DNA of 37,892 bases from Christensenellales bacterium. Its GTDB lineage: Bacteria > Bacillota > Clostridia > Christensenellales > UBA1242. The notes under the pieces were generated by a model. That model saw only the letters and a program-made list of their open reading frames with translations. It searched no databases and was not told where the DNA came from. A program made the position numbers and the translations under genes. Below are positions 35,828 to 37,892 of the stretch, one piece after another; within the stretch, counting starts at the first letter, position 1; every line of letters starts with the position of its first letter. Where the stretch lies: contig JBJFDJ010000026.1 of the NCBI GenBank assembly GCA_051889975.1, positions 1 through 37,892 of the forward strand. Direction: 5' to 3'.

Positions 35828-36457
35828 TTACGCTTTAACTGCACTTTTTATTGTGAGAATTGCACCTTTAGGGCCAGGAACAGAACCTTTAACCAAAAGC
35901 ACATTTCTTTCTGCGTCTACTTTAACGATTTCCAAATTTTGGATTGTAACTCTTTCTGAGCCATAGTGTCCTGGCATTGGCATACCTTTTAATACTCTTG
36001 AAACTGATGAAATTGCACCATTTGAACCTGGAGCTCTGTGAACGAGTGACACACCGTGTGACATTCTGTGACGAGCTTGATTCCATCTTTGAATAGCGCC
36101 AGTGAAACCTCTACCACGAGTTGTGCCACTGATATCAACTTTTTCACCTTCATTAAAGATGTCGCATTTGATTTCTGCGCCAACTTCTTTTGAAGCCATA
36201 TCATCAAGTTTGATTTCTGCTACTACTTTTTTAGCTTCTACATTAGCTTTTTTAAATTCGCCAAGTTCGGCTTTTGTTTTTAAATTTTCTCTTGTGTTAA
36301 GAAATGCCACTTTAAGTGCTTCATAGCCATCTTTTTCCACAGTCTTCTTTTGAAGTATACTGCAAGGACCAGCTTCAATAACTGTAACTGGAATGATTAA
36401 GCCATTAGGAGCAAAAACTTGTGTCATGCCTAACTTTTTACCTAAAATTTCCTTCAT
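35828..36457 (-). CDS. rplC: 50S ribosomal protein L3
   Basis: ILGKKLGMTQVF...GTTRGRGFTG. Confidence 0.96.
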   Translation of the reverse strand: MKEILGKKLGMTQVFAPNGLIIPVTVIEAGPCSILQKKTVEKDGYEALKVAFLNTRENLKTKAELGEFKKANVEAKKVVAEIKLDDMASKEVGAEIKCDIFNEGEKVDISGTTRGRGFTGAIQRWNQARHRMSHGVSLVHRAPGSNGAISSVSRVLKGMPMPGHYGSERVTIQNLEIVKVDAERNVLLVKGSVPGPKGAILTIKSAVKA

Positions 36458-36476
36458 TTTAACCTTCTCCTAATTC

Positions 36477-36785
36477 TTATAGTTTAATGTTTATATCAAC
36501 ACCGGCTGGAAGGTCTAACTTCATAAGACCATCAACGGCTTTGGCGTTTGGTGACATAACATCAATAACTCTCTTGTGAGTTTTGATTTCAAATTGTTCA
36601 CGACTATCTTTGTGTTTGTGTGGTGAACGAATGACTGTAACAACTTCTTTTTGTGTTGGAAGTGGAATTGGACCACTAACTTTACAGCCAAGTTTGTTTG
36701 CAGTTTCAACGATGCGTGAAGCTGCTTCGTCAATCAAACTGTGATCAAATGCTTTTAATTTGATTCTAATTTTTTGTGTTGCCAT
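36477..36785 (-). CDS. rpsJ: 30S ribosomal protein S10
   Basis: [21 protein letters not shown]...; first gene of the S10 operon. Confidence 0.96.
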   Translation of the reverse strand: MATQKIRIKLKAFDHSLIDEAASRIVETANKLGCKVSGPIPLPTQKEVVTVIRSPHKHKDSREQFEIKTHKRVIDVMSPNAKAVDGLMKLDLPAGVDINIKL

Positions 36786-36983
36786 CTGTATCCTCCATTA
36801 TTTTTAAGCAAGTTCTAGCAATATTTACACTGCCCCGTGTGTTTCACGCCGTGGACCTTAAAAAAAGTGGGACTGGTGTATCTTGCTTATCGCCTAGATT
36901 TTTCTAGACTTGTCCACAAAAGTTTTCTTTTAACTTAATGGCTTTAAAAGTAACCTTTTGTTTCAACCCATAAATCCACAACT
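36786..36983 (-). promoter_or_regulatory. long structured 5' leader of the S10 operon
   Basis: About 200 nt lie between the consensus promoter and the rpsJ ATG. It contains locally GC-rich segments in AT-rich DNA. Complementary segments: 36805-36812/36882-36889 (8 bp), the hairpin at 36894-36910, and GTGGAC (36851-36856) or GTGGGAC (36867-36873) as alternative partners of GTCCAC (36912-36917). A U7 run lies at 36860-36866. Confidence 0.5.
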
Positions 36984-36989
36984 ACATAG

Positions 36990-37018
36990 ATTATACAAAA
37001 AAGCAATACCTTTGTCAA
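36990..37018 (-). promoter_or_regulatory. consensus sigma-A promoter of the S10-spc-alpha cluster
   Basis: Minus strand TTGACA (37018-37013), exactly 17 nt, TATAAT (36995-36990), with an A/T-rich UP-like tract upstream. Confidence 0.75.
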
Positions 37019-37106
37019 CACCTTTTTACAACTTTTTTTAATTATTTTTTTAAGTAAAATGATAGAGTTTCATAGGTTTTGTATTTTGTTAAAATTTAAC
37101 AAAAAA

Positions 37107-37129
37107 TGGCGCCACATTATTGGACGCCA
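37107..37129. terminator. GC-rich bidirectional rho-independent terminator
   Basis: TGGCGCC (37107-37113) / GG-A-CGCCA (22-29 of 371xx) with an 8-nt loop. Flanked by A6 (37101-37106) and T5 (37132-37136). It insulates the S10 promoter from upstream transcription. Confidence 0.65.
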
Positions 37130-37273
37130 ACTTTTTAATTTGAAAATTTAATAAATATATACTTATTTTAAATAAATTTTGCAAAAATTTTATTTGAAAT
37201 GTATTTTTAGTTCTTTTATTGCAATATTGCTTGCAATTTTGCTTAAAAACTTTTGCTATATTAAAAATTTATT

Positions 37274-37366
37274 TGCAAGTTGTTTTTGTAAACAATTTAT
37301 ATCTTATTTACAGTTTTTTGCTTTTAGTTGTTTTTGCTCTAGAAAAGATTTACTGCAAGTTGTTTT
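37274..37366. repeat. imperfect 20-nt direct repeat (13-nt perfect core TGCAAGTTGTTTT)
   Basis: Cores lie at 37274-37286 and 37354-37366, 80 bp apart. A 10-bp perfect palindrome GCAATATTGC lies nearby at 37221-37230. Confidence 0.7.
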
Positions 37367-37393
37367 ACCCGTTTGCAAAATTATAGAACTTTT

Positions 37394-37594
37394 TTATTTA
37401 ACTTCATTAAGTTTTTTAAGCAAGAGTTCTAAATCTACATCGTGAACCTGTGAGGCTTCTTCCAAAGTTTCCATTTGGCTTACTGGACAAGAAAAACAAT
37501 GCATACCAAAGCCCATCAAAACTTCTGGGGCGTGTTCTCTATAATTTAAAACTTCTGCAAGTGTCATATCTTTTGTTATTTGAACTTTTTTCAT
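37394..37594 (-). CDS. DUF1858 / hybrid-cluster-protein-associated redox disulfide protein
   Basis: 66 aa; ITKDMTLAEVL...HAPEVLMGFGMHCFSCP...ETLEEA is the typical DUF1858 pattern with a CxxC. GGAG SD. Confidence 0.8.
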   Translation of the reverse strand: MKKVQITKDMTLAEVLNYREHAPEVLMGFGMHCFSCPVSQMETLEEASQVHDVDLELLLKKLNEVK

Positions 37595-37616
37595 AATAAT
37601 CTCCTTTAACGTTTAT

Positions 37617-37645
37617 ATTTTAAATGTTTTTTTTGTTAAAATCAA
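37617..37645 (-). promoter_or_regulatory. candidate promoter of the DUF1858 gene
   Basis: Minus strand TTGATT (37645-37640), 17 nt, TAAAAT (37622-37617). The small palindrome TCAATA-N4-TATTGA (37642-37657) overlaps the -35. Confidence 0.45.
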
Positions 37646-37841
37646 TAGATTTATTGACTTTTTGTTGTATCAATTTTATTTTATCGCTTTTAAATTAATT
37701 TTTGCCAAATATGCTTTGATGCAAATGTTATTAACTCCACCAAAATTTGTTGATGAATAAATAGCATAATGTGATTAATACACAATGTTTTAGATTTTAA
37801 TTATATTAAATATTATAATACTTCATAAAAATTAAAGATTT

Positions 37842-37892
37842 GGCGAACGCCCGTCAAAGCAAGTGCAAGGCGTTTGCTTTGGTGGGCGTATT
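37842..37892 (+). other. truncated GC-rich structured element (unidentified RNA or leader) at the window edge
   Basis: ACGCCC (37847-37852) pairs with GGGCGT (37884-37889), and CAAAGCAA (37855-37862) pairs with TTGCTTTG (37874-37881). An alternative pairing is CGAACGCC (37844-37851) with GGCGTTTG (37869-37876). Strand and identity are unknown. Confidence 0.3.

Noticed and set aside
21888-36326. Many 60-150-aa ORFs antisense to or out of frame with r-protein, secY, adk and rpoA genes (for example 26803-27207, 28277-28678, 34140-34589, 33720-33950)
   Set aside because: Each overlaps a gene whose product matches a universally conserved protein over its full length. They are shadow ORFs.
36910-36980. 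DnaA-box-like 9-mers TTGTCCACA (36910-36918) and AAATCCACA (36972-36980), next to a very AT-rich stretch
   Set aside because: Only two imperfect boxes, with no dnaA, dnaN or rpmH nearby. They lie inside the transcribed S10 leader, where GTCCAC is better explained as part of the RNA structure.
37179-37445. 88-aa plus-strand ORF (MQKFYLKCIFSSF...)
   Set aside because: Low-complexity Phe/Leu/Cys translation of AT-rich spacer, with no SD. It runs into the 3' end of the convergent DUF1858 gene.
1-37892. Possibility of an alternative genetic code (TGA=Trp, Mollicutes-like), given the low GC
   Set aside because: TGA clearly terminates spoVT (10565), the Na/Pi transporter (6150) and the acyltransferase (14522), with the next gene's SD or start immediately following. 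All r-proteins have normal C-termini under code 11.
1-37892. CRISPR arrays, transposases, integrases, prophage or known defence genes
   Set aside because: I found no regularly spaced repeats and no ORFs with recombinase, nuclease or ATPase signatures. The only PLD-family protein is a canonical membrane-anchored cardiolipin synthase, not a Nuc-type defence nuclease.

Overview
AT-rich bacterial chromosomal segment, standard genetic code (TGA is used as a stop). All calls come from reading the sequence and from remembered family signatures; no searches were run. CDS coordinates include the stop codon. Gene content and synteny point to a Bacillota, Clostridia-like organism: secG-rnr-smpB-ssrA, spoVT followed by a YabM/SpoVB-like flippase, a KOW protein between map and infA, and rpsD inside the alpha operon. 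Every gene but one is on the minus strand. Layout: (1) 1-11.1 kb is housekeeping: tmRNA, SmpB, RNase R, SecG, TpiA, Pgk, a Na/Pi symporter translationally coupled to pgk, Dus, a MOP flippase and SpoVT. (2) 11.5-21.1 kb looks accessory. It holds a tight four-gene operon (HxxxDG acyltransferase, Zn-ribbon polytopic membrane protein, cardiolipin synthase, DUF975-like membrane protein). It also holds a ~1423-aa N-terminally anchored Ig-like repeat surface protein driven by a perfect consensus promoter, and a divergent pair of small XRE-type HTH genes sharing a control region with three copies of one palindromic operator. (3) 21.1-36.8 kb is a complete, canonical S10-spc-alpha ribosomal protein cluster (rpsJ to rplQ, including rpmJ, which is absent from the ORF track). 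It has a consensus promoter and a ~200-nt structured leader. Several r-proteins carry lineage-specific Lys-rich extensions (L24, L17, S5). (4) 36.8-37.9 kb contains a DUF1858 redox protein gene, an ATG-free repeat-bearing non-coding stretch ending in a GC-rich terminator, and a truncated GC-rich structured element at the window edge. I found no CRISPR array, transposase, integrase, rRNA or tRNA. The best candidates for something undescribed are the acyltransferase/Zn-ribbon/Cls/DUF975 operon and the XRE switch plus giant surface protein locus inserted after rplQ.
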